Below are positions 50,049-58,343 of a stretch of DNA of 64,000 nt, one piece after another. Source of the stretch: Escherichia phage RB14. The translations under genes and the position numbers were made by a program. The stretch lies in the sequence record NC_012638.1, one strand, 5' to 3'. Below the pieces are notes generated by a model. It had not been told where the DNA came from. It searched no databases and saw only the letters and a program-made list of their open reading frames with translations. Position 1 is the first letter of the stretch, and the number at the start of each line of letters is the position of its first letter.

Positions 50049-50768
50049 TTACGATTCTTCTAAATGTCTTTTCTGAAAAGTTGATACCATACTACGATAC
50101 GGTTCATTTGGATACCCATGTTTTATAGCTTCCTTTGTAAATTTTCTCCATCCATATTTAGTTTCTTTCCAAAGCTCGAATAATTCATCTTCATATTGCC
50201 ATATAGTTAAATGAGAACGCTTTGCAGCTTTAATTCCATTAATATGCTTTTCTTTTACTACAGGATTGCTTAGTTTCTTTTTAATAATATTACTAACTTT
50301 TCTAACAAAAACTGGGTCCTTATATCGTTGAGAAGTTTTTATTGAAGTGTTTAATTTAGCTTCCGGCGTGGATGTAACCTCTTTCATCTTTTTCTTCATA
50401 TGCTGTATATGATTAGGATTTTTCCATAAATTTATAGAATGCTTTTTGCATTTTATCCTAGTTTCATCTGCAACCTTTCCTCCTTCACCCCCGTATGACA
50501 GGTTAACACAGTTTTTTCCATATTTCAATTTACCTGCCATGATATATAATATTTCAGCTTGTACCATTTTATCATAATTATCAAAAACTTCTAAAACCGT
50601 TTTTGATAATATGTGGTCATTTGACACTTTTACACGTTCTATATAATTTCCACTACCAACATACGAATCATTGATGTTATTAGTTATATGTCGACCATAA
50701 TAGTATTTCTTAATACCTGTCTTTAAATTTAATATTTCAGTTTTATAGATAGTAAAATATTTTTTCAT
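50049..50768 (-). mobile_element. free-standing GIY-YIG homing endonuclease (Seg-like), 239 aa
   Basis: N-terminal TIY...YYG-R module (FTIYKTEILNLKTGIKKYYYGRH) and basic C-terminal half; start overlaps the upstream gene stop. Confidence 0.6.
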
Positions 50769-51745
50769 TTTAATAATACCGTTTCAGCAATTTCTTCCCA
50801 ATGATTTTTGTCGGTCATAATAAAGTCAGCAAGATAAAGAGCAGTACGCAGTGAAACATTGCGTAAACGATTAACATTGACTTTCATCCATGATAATGCT
50901 TTATAAGTTTCTTCATCAGAAAGACCGCGCTTTTGCATCATGTCGGTTGAAAGAATAACATCTTCAACCCTGACCATAATTTCTTCATTAGTGTGAACAC
51001 CCAAATCCAAATAAACTGAGCGGGACACTAATGCTTGTAAATGTGGAGCAAGTTTAGTACCACGGTCTAATTCGCGGTCAATGTCAACGTTTGTGATAAA
51101 AACAATCGTTCCTTTAAATTCAAACTCACGCTCAATGCCTTTTTCTTCTAAGTAAGAAGATGCAGTGCTCCAGCAGACTTTACGGGTCTCTCCAGTGTCC
51201 AGAGCAGCTTTTAGAAGATTAAGAATGTCCATATCAGAGAAAACATCCACATCATCAATCAAAAGGACAGAATTCTCTTCACGATTATTCCAAAGCTGTT
51301 CATAAAGACCGATACCAGAGATTTTACCATTAATGCTTTTATATTCAATGTATCCAATATCATTTGCTTTATTTAAAGCTTTATCCAAAGAATACGTTTT
51401 ACCAATACCTGCTGCTCCCGAGATAATTAATGAACGAATGTTTCCGTTAATAATACCATTCGTCATCATTCCCATAACATTAAATCTTTTATTAATGCGG
51501 GTTTTCATATCTTCATATGATTCTTTAACTTCTTCAACTTTTACGCCATCATATGAAATGTCTGATTTGTAAACCCAAACACCGCGACGTTTACCGTCAA
51601 TTTCAACAAAAACTTTACCATCTCCTTGTGCATCTACCGGAGCATTATCCGGGAACCATTCGCCTAAGAGCTCAAAAGTTCCAGAGATTTCTTTACCGAA
51701 GTAGATACCCTTATTGATAGTTACAGTTTTCATTTTATTCTCCAA
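50765..51745 (-). CDS. AAA+ ATPase, 326 aa
   Basis: Walker A GAAGIGKT and Walker B LLIDDVD, preceded by a roughly 100-aa N-terminal domain. Confidence 0.65.
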   Translation of the reverse strand: MENKMKTVTINKGIYFGKEISGTFELLGEWFPDNAPVDAQGDGKVFVEIDGKRRGVWVYKSDISYDGVKVEEVKESYEDMKTRINKRFNVMGMMTNGIINGNIRSLIISGAAGIGKTYSLDKALNKANDIGYIEYKSINGKISGIGLYEQLWNNREENSVLLIDDVDVFSDMDILNLLKAALDTGETRKVCWSTASSYLEEKGIEREFEFKGTIVFITNVDIDRELDRGTKLAPHLQALVSRSVYLDLGVHTNEEIMVRVEDVILSTDMMQKRGLSDEETYKALSWMKVNVNRLRNVSLRTALYLADFIMTDKNHWEEIAETVLLK

Positions 51746-51767
51746 ATCCGTATCAGTTGATAGTTGT

Positions 51768-51797
51768 ATAGTACCATAAAGCTTTATGCTTGTAAAC
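51768..51797 (-). promoter_or_regulatory. early promoter of a PeSL-like cassette
   Basis: plus atagta 51768-51773, gtaaac 51792-51797; conserved leader to the AAA+ ATPase start. Confidence 0.55.
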
Positions 51798-51826
51798 CGT
51801 TTTGTGAAAAATTTTTGAAATAAAAA

Positions 51827-51846
51827 AGGGAGCCCGAAGGCTCCCT
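51827..51846 (-). terminator. rho-independent terminator (UUCG hairpin plus U-run)
   Basis: agggagcc-cgaa-ggctccct with plus A-run 51822-51827. Confidence 0.65.
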
Positions 51847-51847
51847 A

Positions 51848-52861
51848 TCATTTATAATAACTTCGATGGTTTTTAAGATAGACCTTCTCAAGGAAGTCAT
51901 CCCAGAAACCCATGTCTACTTTTTGCTGCATACCGTTCTTAGAAGCTTCAATAGATGCTGCTTCTACTTGATCGACCACATCTTCCAAAAACTCTTGAAC
52001 GGTTTTAAATGGATGTTTACCCAACTTCACGTCGAGAATAAATGGAGCATCTTGGAGTGGATAAACCAAGTCACCAGTTTTGTAAATTTCCAATAGTTGG
52101 AGTCCACCACGACAAGCATGACTCAAAGCTTTCCAGTCAATGCCTTCATTGGCTTCGGCCTTACGGGCACGTTCACCATATTCAGCATCTAATTTGTTCA
52201 GTGACTGCTTAAGCTCAATAAGAGAAAGCGTCGTCTGATATTTACGACCCAACACAGTGTAGAACGTTTGTGGGCCTGTTTTCTCATGATTATGGAACAC
52301 CCATTCACAGAATTCGTTTTCTGGAAGACGATGCTTAATATCTTCAACTTTAGTGCGACGCTGCTTAATAGAACCATCTTCTTGGTAATCAACCCATTGC
52401 TCAGGGATTTGATTAACTACTTTCAATACATCACGTAATGCAGCCAAACGAGAACCCTTGACACCGTATTTAGAAGCTTGCTTGCGGACATATCCTAAAT
52501 ATGATTTCATGTTAGTCGTATAAAAACGAGAACGGTTGTCTTGAATAAACTTCCACACATCAGGCAAATCAGATTTAACCACTAGTTCAGGTGGAGTGTG
52601 AAGCATATCTAATGCTACGGTTTCACCATCTGCTGCTAATTTAAAGAAATATTTAAGACTGTATAGTTCATGGTCAATATCATCTTTAGTGTTTTTAGAT
52701 GATGTGTTGTTGGTATTTTTACTCATATGCTCTTTAACATTTCCGATAAGAATATCACGAGCAGGAGGAACAAAGATTTCTTTAAAATCTACATCAGATT
52801 CTGGAGTAGAAGTTCCATAAAGATGACTACCAAAATAGCTTTTCATTACTGTTTTCATCAT
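51848..52861 (-). CDS. pol-beta superfamily nucleotidyltransferase-like protein, 337 aa
   Basis: N-terminal motif FGSHLYGTSTPESDVDF (GS-x9-DxD) followed by a helical domain. Confidence 0.6.
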   Translation of the reverse strand: MMKTVMKSYFGSHLYGTSTPESDVDFKEIFVPPARDILIGNVKEHMSKNTNNTSSKNTKDDIDHELYSLKYFFKLAADGETVALDMLHTPPELVVKSDLPDVWKFIQDNRSRFYTTNMKSYLGYVRKQASKYGVKGSRLAALRDVLKVVNQIPEQWVDYQEDGSIKQRRTKVEDIKHRLPENEFCEWVFHNHEKTGPQTFYTVLGRKYQTTLSLIELKQSLNKLDAEYGERARKAEANEGIDWKALSHACRGGLQLLEIYKTGDLVYPLQDAPFILDVKLGKHPFKTVQEFLEDVVDQVEAASIEASKNGMQQKVDMGFWDDFLEKVYLKNHRSYYK

Positions 52862-53319
52862 TCAGCCTTATATTCAATAACAGGACATACTTTAGCTTTA
52901 CGAGCTTTTAAAAATTCAACGATAACCGATTTCTTGGGTTGAATAGGAGGTAAACCTTTATACGCCCTATCAATATTTTCTACGTGTAAAGCATAATCCT
53001 TTTTCCATTTATAATCTTTATATTTTTCACGCAAATGTGCAGGAATAACAAATGAACCGATAATAAGTAAAACAACCAAAAGCGCAAGTATAAATGCTGA
53101 TGGAAGCAAAGTCCATAAACTACCGAAAATAAGCCAACGTTGTAGGCTTTCTACACAAATAATTGTTAGCCCTACGAGTATAGCACATCCAAAAATAGAA
53201 ACGAAAAATGTAGGAATGGCAATAGACCAAAAATATGCGCATAGTGTCTTAGGTCGTTGCCATTCATCGTTAAACAATTTGAATAATTTATAATGCCAAG
53301 AGTTTTCATTAATAATCAT
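52858..53319 (-). CDS. membrane protein, 153 aa
   Basis: three predicted transmembrane segments; stop overlaps the nucleotidyltransferase start. Confidence 0.55.
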   Translation of the reverse strand: MIINENSWHYKLFKLFNDEWQRPKTLCAYFWSIAIPTFFVSIFGCAILVGLTIICVESLQRWLIFGSLWTLLPSAFILALLVVLLIIGSFVIPAHLREKYKDYKWKKDYALHVENIDRAYKGLPPIQPKKSVIVEFLKARKAKVCPVIEYKAE

Positions 53320-53321
53320 AA

Positions 53322-53843
53322 TTATCCTTTCATTGAAGGCGTAACGGTTGTTAAATACTTAATCATAGCTTCAGCTTCTGATTTTGATAATGAAATTTCT
53401 CCATTGTTTTGACGAATAGAAATAAAATCTGGATGACGGTCACCACCAGCTTTTAAAACACACATATAAGTATCAACTTCGCCTTCAATATTTGAAATGA
53501 TTGAAGCAGTTCCACATGAATGTGGTTTTTGATAAATCAATACAGCTTTTCTTCCACCGTTTGACTGTTCATAGGCTTTTAATACATCAAGCAAATCAGT
53601 TCTTTTATCAATAGCTAAAATGTTATTTTCATCTTCAATGTTAAATCCTTCGGATACTTCATAAAGTGTTACCCATAAATCACCAATGTCAATAACAGCA
53701 TTTACGTTTCCACGGCTTTCAAGAGTATGACAAATTTTCTTGATTTCGTCATAACTCATTTTAATAATATCATCTCCTTGAATAAGAAAGATGTCATTTT
53801 TAAATTCAACACGAATTAAACCACTTCCACTTGAAATAAACAT
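53322..53843 (-). CDS. hypothetical protein with GFNIE motif, 173 aa
   Basis: GAGGAAA Shine-Dalgarno; paralogous to 53999..54382. Confidence 0.5.
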   Translation of the reverse strand: MFISSGSGLIRVEFKNDIFLIQGDDIIKMSYDEIKKICHTLESRGNVNAVIDIGDLWVTLYEVSEGFNIEDENNILAIDKRTDLLDVLKAYEQSNGGRKAVLIYQKPHSCGTASIISNIEGEVDTYMCVLKAGGDRHPDFISIRQNNGEISLSKSEAEAMIKYLTTVTPSMKG

Positions 53844-53849
53844 ATTTCC

Positions 53850-53990
53850 TCACTTTGAAATCATAGTTGGAATGACAGAATCAAGATAAGTCTTTAGTGC
53901 AATAGCTTCGTCTTTGGTAAATGTGACAATATGCGCTCGAAAATCATCAATTTGACGAATAGTTAAGACATCTCCATCTTCATAACATTT
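53850..53990 (-). pseudogene. start-less remnant of a GFNIE-family paralogue, about 45 codons
   Basis: open frame (…YEDGDVLTIRQIDDFRAHIVTFTKDEAIALKTYLDSVIPTMISK) with no start codon, resembling the N-terminal region of the neighbours. Confidence 0.3.
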
Positions 53991-53998
53991 TGATACGT

Positions 53999-54382
53999 TT
54001 AAACAGTTTCATCATTCTGATCGCAAGCGTTAGTAATAATAGCATTGCAATTTTTAAGCCATTTTAAACTATGTTTTCTTTCATTAGAATAATAAAAATA
54101 TTTAATCTTAGTTATAAAATTATCCCAATTATTAATTGATAAGCATATTGACTCGCTTTCAATATTAAATCCTGGGCATAAAGAATAAAAATGAATTTTA
54201 TGCTCATCATTAATGCTTACAATTTTATCAGTATAAGGATTTTCAATTTTGGTTAAATGAATGATTTCACTAGGCGTAAAATACAGCATATCGTCTTCTT
54301 GTGTCAAACGATACATATTATTTACTTTTTCTATAGCCAATTCACCAAAAAGTGAACTAACTTCTAATACTAATCGTTTCAT
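53999..54382 (-). CDS. hypothetical protein with GFNIE motif, about 127 aa
   Basis: paralogue of 53322..53843 (CPGFNIESE versus SEGFNIEDE). Confidence 0.5.
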   Translation of the reverse strand: MKRLVLEVSSLFGELAIEKVNNMYRLTQEDDMLYFTPSEIIHLTKIENPYTDKIVSINDEHKIHFYSLCPGFNIESESICLSINNWDNFITKIKYFYYSNERKHSLKWLKNCNAIITNACDQNDETV

Positions 54383-54383
54383 A

Positions 54384-54662
54384 TTAATCCTTTTTAATGG
54401 CATGAATTTGTTCTAAAATTTTAGAGTATTCCTTTATATCAGATTTACGTACAATCGATACACTATAAGGCATACTATCGGTGTCTTTTATAAAGCGTTC
54501 CAAATGACACTCTAACAAAATTTCTGGATTATAAATCGTGTACATCAAATTACCTGTTGCTCCACGATATTGACAGATTTCTACTGATTGAGCATCATTC
54601 CACAATTTTGTTAAGACTAAATCACCTACTTCTAATTTAGGAAAGCCCATGTTATTCACCAA
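54384..54662 (-). CDS. hypothetical protein, 92 aa
   Basis: ORF table. Confidence 0.5.
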   Translation of the reverse strand: MVNNMGFPKLEVGDLVLTKLWNDAQSVEICQYRGATGNLMYTIYNPEILLECHLERFIKDTDSMPYSVSIVRKSDIKEYSKILEQIHAIKKD

Positions 54663-54840
54663 TTAAAGTTTCAATATAAGAATCAAGATTTACTTTAGCT
54701 TCTTCCATAAGAGTTTTGTATTTAATCTTGTTAGCATGTCCGGAGAAAGCTAATTCATCAATAACTGTTGCTGTATGAACAGCTTTGCTATATGTTTCAA
54801 TTAATTCTCTTAATTTAAAAGCCTGCTCACTTGTCATCAC
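54652..54840 (-). CDS. small helical protein family member, 62 aa
   Basis: N-terminus MMTSEQAFKLRELI fits the family pattern. Confidence 0.5.
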   Translation of the reverse strand: MMTSEQAFKLRELIETYSKAVHTATVIDELAFSGHANKIKYKTLMEEAKVNLDSYIETLIGE

Positions 54841-55001
54841 ATACTCCTCTGAATCATATCAATAATGTTATTCACCAGATTATAGGTAAACAAAGGATAA
54901 TTATATTGAATCATCACATACACAACAAACAAAACTTTCATTCTCTTCTCCTTGGCAGTTGACAAGATTACTATACCATAACCTTGCCAACTTGTAAACC
55001 A

Positions 55002-55175
55002 TTAAATGACGTTTTCGATAAAATTCTGAAGCTTTGTATGAGCATCAACCATGATTTTCATTTCTTCTTTGGCGAAAGCTGTACCTCTTTCCCGAGAAGA
55101 ACATTCATAGTCAGAAACTGCGTTAGCATATTCTTCAATTAGTTTCATTAAAAACATCTGCTTTTCAGTTTTCAT
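55002..55175 (-). CDS. small helical protein family member, 57 aa (not in ORF table)
   Basis: my translation MKTEKQMFLMKLIEEYANAVSDYE... Confidence 0.4.
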   Translation of the reverse strand: MKTEKQMFLMKLIEEYANAVSDYECSSRERGTAFAKEEMKIMVDAHTKLQNFIENVI

Positions 55176-55359
55176 TATTCCACCTAATCATTTCAAGATA
55201 TTGAACTAGCTTAGCTTTAGATTTATCCAAATCCTTTTTAGCTGCTTCTATACCGTCGTATGAATATCCTTCACAATGCTCAACTGCTAATTGATATGAA
55301 TCTATTTCAATATCACGTGCTAATTTAATGATTTTTTCAAACTGTTCGCGTGTTAGCAT
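55165..55359 (-). CDS. small helical protein family member, 64 aa
   Basis: N-terminus MLTREQFEKIIKL. Confidence 0.5.
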   Translation of the reverse strand: MLTREQFEKIIKLARDIEIDSYQLAVEHCEGYSYDGIEAAKKDLDKSKAKLVQYLEMIRWNNEN

Positions 55360-55361
55360 AC

Positions 55362-55565
55362 TTACACTCTCGTATTATGATCGATAATTTCATCAAGAAA
55401 CATATCTAACGCTTCTATAGCATTATCCACTTTAGTTTCAAAGTCTTTAATGCCTTTATTCGAAATACCCGATGAATACCAAGCAAAGTCAATCAGCTCT
55501 TCATCTGCTTTGCGAATTGAAGCCACTAATTCCTTGATTTTATCCGCTTGCTCTACACTAACCAT
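55362..55565 (-). CDS. small helical protein family member, about 68 aa
   Basis: internal start [13 protein letters not shown] fits the family. Confidence 0.45.
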   Translation of the reverse strand: MVSVEQADKIKELVASIRKADEELIDFAWYSSGISNKGIKDFETKVDNAIEALDMFLDEIIDHNTRV

Positions 55566-55753
55566 TATTCCACCACATATGAAAGAGAGAATATTGCACA
55601 CGCCATATGAGTTGCAACTTCATCACACATATTATAACGTTTCTTAAGAAGTTCTACAAGTTCTTCACTGGTAACTTCATCCATGTCGACGAAAAAATCA
55701 CCATTAATGATGACGTAGATATTTCCTTCTTGATTAAGTGCTTCAATTTTCAT
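55565..55753 (-). CDS. small protein, 62 aa
   Basis: AAGAGGAG Shine-Dalgarno 6 nt before ATG at 55751-55753, downstream of a PeSL promoter. Confidence 0.5.
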
Positions 55754-55781
55754 GATGTTCTCCTCTTTATCCGATGGTTGT

Positions 55782-55811
55782 ATAGTACCACGGCTCAAAC
55801 GAAAAGTAAAC
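55782..55811 (-). promoter_or_regulatory. early promoter of a PeSL-like cassette
   Basis: plus atagta 55782-55787, gtaaac 55806-55811. Confidence 0.55.
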
Positions 55812-55826
55812 CGGTAAAATGAAAAA

Positions 55827-55844
55827 AGTCTCCCGAAGGAGACT
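55827..55844 (-). terminator. rho-independent terminator (UUCG hairpin plus U-run)
   Basis: agtctcc-cgaa-ggagact with plus A-run 55821-55826. Confidence 0.65.
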
Positions 55845-55848
55845 AATG

Positions 55849-56235
55849 CTATTCGAGGGAAAGAAGATATTTACTTTGGTAAAACATTCCAGTAATATCA
55901 TCTATCGTGCTTTGGATGGCTGGAGGCATTTCTTTATAAATGCTGTTAGATTGGTCTAGTATGCGATCAATCATTTTAATTGTGTCGGTAGGAAGTTTAC
56001 TGGCATCTGGAATTGAAGGCGTGTATTTTCTACCAGAATACCCCAAATATTGCTCACCAAATTTATCAATCAAATCTGGCAACTCGGAGAAAATAAAATC
56101 GTATGCTTTGTGTCTAGCATAACTTTTAGTTTCAAAATGTGCAGAATGAAAATAAGCTTGTGCAGCCATTAATAAACCTAAGTATTCATCTGCCTTTGAA
56201 GGTTTTCCACTTTGTGAAAAGTCGCTGAATTTCAT
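55849..56235 (-). CDS. protein downstream of rI (rI.1 position), 128 aa
   Basis: ORF table; position adjacent to rI. Confidence 0.55.
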
Positions 56236-56525
56236 TCAGTCTCCAATTTAATGTTCATAATTCTAGCGTATGATTGTGCCATCTCCGCGCCTCGTTCTAT
56301 ACATTCAAAATCAGAAGAGCACGGGTCATTTTTATAGGTCGTTCTCATAAAACTATAGAATTGTTCAGACGATTCTACGCTTTTATTTTCAAAAAGTGTA
56401 TAAACGTGCCTAATACCAGATTCCATAAATTTATCAAAATGAGGATCGACATTCGCTTCAATCGATGGAGATAAAACAAATGACAATCCTAGCATGGCAA
56501 AAAGTGCCGTTGCTTTTAAGGCCAT
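56232..56525 (-). CDS. rI: lysis-inhibition regulator RI, 97 aa
   Basis: signal-anchor N-terminus and sequence match T4 RI as I recall. Confidence 0.9.
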   Translation of the reverse strand: MALKATALFAMLGLSFVLSPSIEANVDPHFDKFMESGIRHVYTLFENKSVESSEQFYSFMRTTYKNDPCSSDFECIERGAEMAQSYARIMNIKLETE

Positions 56526-56537
56526 AAAGGCCTCCTA

Positions 56538-56750
56538 TCATTTTTGTCCTGTATTTACTTTATGCCGATGCACGGCCTTAACTTTATCAAGGTATTTTTC
56601 AAAATTTCGCAATCTAGTATAGTCTGCCGGAGATTGGTTGAGCGATACTTCTCGACGCAAAGCTGAAATGATATTTCCAACTTCCCTACGAATTTCATCT
56701 AATTGAAGCACAGTAAGATTGCGAAGTTGCTTTTCAGTTAATTGTAGCAT
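56538..56750 (-). CDS. protein upstream of rI (rI.-1 position), 70 aa
   Basis: ORF table. Confidence 0.5.
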
Positions 56751-56792
56751 ATATACCCCTTTAGTTAGATAAACCTATTTATAACTTTTGCA

Positions 56793-57374
56793 CTAACCGA
56801 GCTTTTTAGTTAATTCATTCCAATGTTTTCTACACAAAGAAACATAAATTTCATCACCAATACAGATTTGATTACCTTCTTTAACTGGTGTTCCATCTTC
56901 CATTAATCGAGCTGTCATAATCGCTTTTTTACCGCAATGACAAACTGCTTTTAGTTCAATAAGTTTATCTGCAATCGCTAAAAGTTCTTTAGAACCTTCA
57001 AACAATTTTCCAGCGAAATCAGTCCTTAATCCATAAGCCATAACAGGAACATTATATGTATCAACAATTCGGCTCAATTGATGCACTTGTTCAGTTTTTA
57101 AAAACTGAGCTTCATCTACAAATACGCAATGAATATCTTTTTGTGCTTCAGCCCATTTATAGAACTCGAAAATATCCATATCATCTGTAATAATATTCGC
57201 TTCCTGCTTAATTCCAATGCGAGAAACAACTTCACAGACAGAATCGCGAGTATCAATAGCAGGCTTAAGAACTAATACACTCATTCCACGTTCTTTATAA
57301 TTATGTGCAGCAGTCAAAAGAGAAGCAGATTTTCCAGCATTCATTGCTGCATAAGTAAAAATTAAACTCGCCAT
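56793..57374 (-). CDS. tk: thymidine kinase, 193 aa
   Basis: Walker A MNAGKS and zinc-ribbon CHCGKK; 193 aa as T4. Confidence 0.9.
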   Translation of the reverse strand: MASLIFTYAAMNAGKSASLLTAAHNYKERGMSVLVLKPAIDTRDSVCEVVSRIGIKQEANIITDDMDIFEFYKWAEAQKDIHCVFVDEAQFLKTEQVHQLSRIVDTYNVPVMAYGLRTDFAGKLFEGSKELLAIADKLIELKAVCHCGKKAIMTARLMEDGTPVKEGNQICIGDEIYVSLCRKHWNELTKKLG

Positions 57375-57375
57375 T

Positions 57376-57564
57376 TTAGTCCTTAGTTAAATTTTCTAAA
57401 TATGTTTCTAAATCATTTTCAGCTTTATCGATAGATTTTACTAATTCGTAATATGTTTCGGCATCTCCATAATCAGAAGATAATTCAAAAGACAAATCCT
57501 TTTCTAAACTAATAATTTCACCAACTAAAAATAATATTTCGTTCTTTTGTTCGCGAGTAATCAT
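57376..57564 (-). CDS. small helical protein family member, 62 aa
   Basis: N-terminus MITREQKNEILFLV. Confidence 0.5.
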   Translation of the reverse strand: MITREQKNEILFLVGEIISLEKDLSFELSSDYGDAETYYELVKSIDKAENDLETYLENLTKD

Positions 57565-57746
57565 AAAGAATTTATATAATCAATGAGTTCTTGTTCTTTA
57601 TTATCGAATTCTTTAGAAAGTTCTTCGTATTCATTTGCATTAAAAGGACCGCATTCATCACAAACTTTTTCCAATTCACTGTTTTTATCCATAACTTCGT
57701 GGATAAGAGAAAAGAGTTTGTCTTTTTGTTCTTTGCTTAAACTCAT
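57561..57746 (-). CDS. small helical protein family member, 61 aa
   Basis: N-terminus MSLSKEQKDKLFSLI. Confidence 0.5.
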   Translation of the reverse strand: MSLSKEQKDKLFSLIHEVMDKNSELEKVCDECGPFNANEYEELSKEFDNKEQELIDYINSL

Positions 57747-57916
57747 ATATTAATTTCCAAAAGTTTTAAAATAATTCGCTTTTGCTTAAATATTTCCACA
57801 GTTAAATGATCAGTATCTTTTTGACCAATTCCAATGGCAAAACCTTTATTAACAGCGAGTTCAATTAAATTATCAAGTTCACGTAACACTTCATATTGTA
57901 ACTCAGAACTATTCAT
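57743..57916 (-). CDS. small protein, 57 aa (not in ORF table)
   Basis: my translation MNSSELQYEVLRELDNLIELAVNKGF...; ATGA overlaps at both ends. Confidence 0.4.
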   Translation of the reverse strand: MNSSELQYEVLRELDNLIELAVNKGFAIGIGQKDTDHLTVEIFKQKRIILKLLEINI

Positions 57917-58125
57917 TTCGGTTTACCTTCTTTAACGAAATCTGGATAAGGATAAAATCCCGAATAAAATCCTTCACCTTTATGATTGATACATCCTTTA
58001 TTAGAACAATAGCACCAATAATCGAAATCACAAGCCATTTCATCGTTGCATAAAGCAAAAACAACCGGCCATTTACACTTTTCACAGTGGGCATTTTTAA
58101 GAATACTAGTTTGGCTCATAACCAT
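57913..58125 (-). CDS. Cys-rich small protein, 70 aa
   Basis: about ten cysteines including CEKCKW and CYCSNKGC. Confidence 0.5.
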   Translation of the reverse strand: MVMSQTSILKNAHCEKCKWPVVFALCNDEMACDFDYWCYCSNKGCINHKGEGFYSGFYPYPDFVKEGKPK

Positions 58126-58343
58126 GTCACCTTTAAGCAGTATTCTTCTACATGCTGTTTACGACCTTTCTTATCAATAAAGGTATATTCAACGAATGTT
58201 CCAATGTAGTCTTTATCTACATCGTGTGGACTATTAATTGGACATTTAGTACGGCAAATGCGTTCCCATTGACGAATAATTACTGCCTTATTCTTTGGGT
58301 CATACGGATGTGGATAATGTATATTCATAATAATGGTTCCCAA
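58116..58343 (-). CDS. hypothetical protein, 70-75 aa
   Basis: ORF table. Confidence 0.45.
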   Translation of the reverse strand: MGTIIMNIHYPHPYDPKNKAVIIRQWERICRTKCPINSPHDVDKDYIGTFVEYTFIDKKGRKQHVEEYCLKVTWL

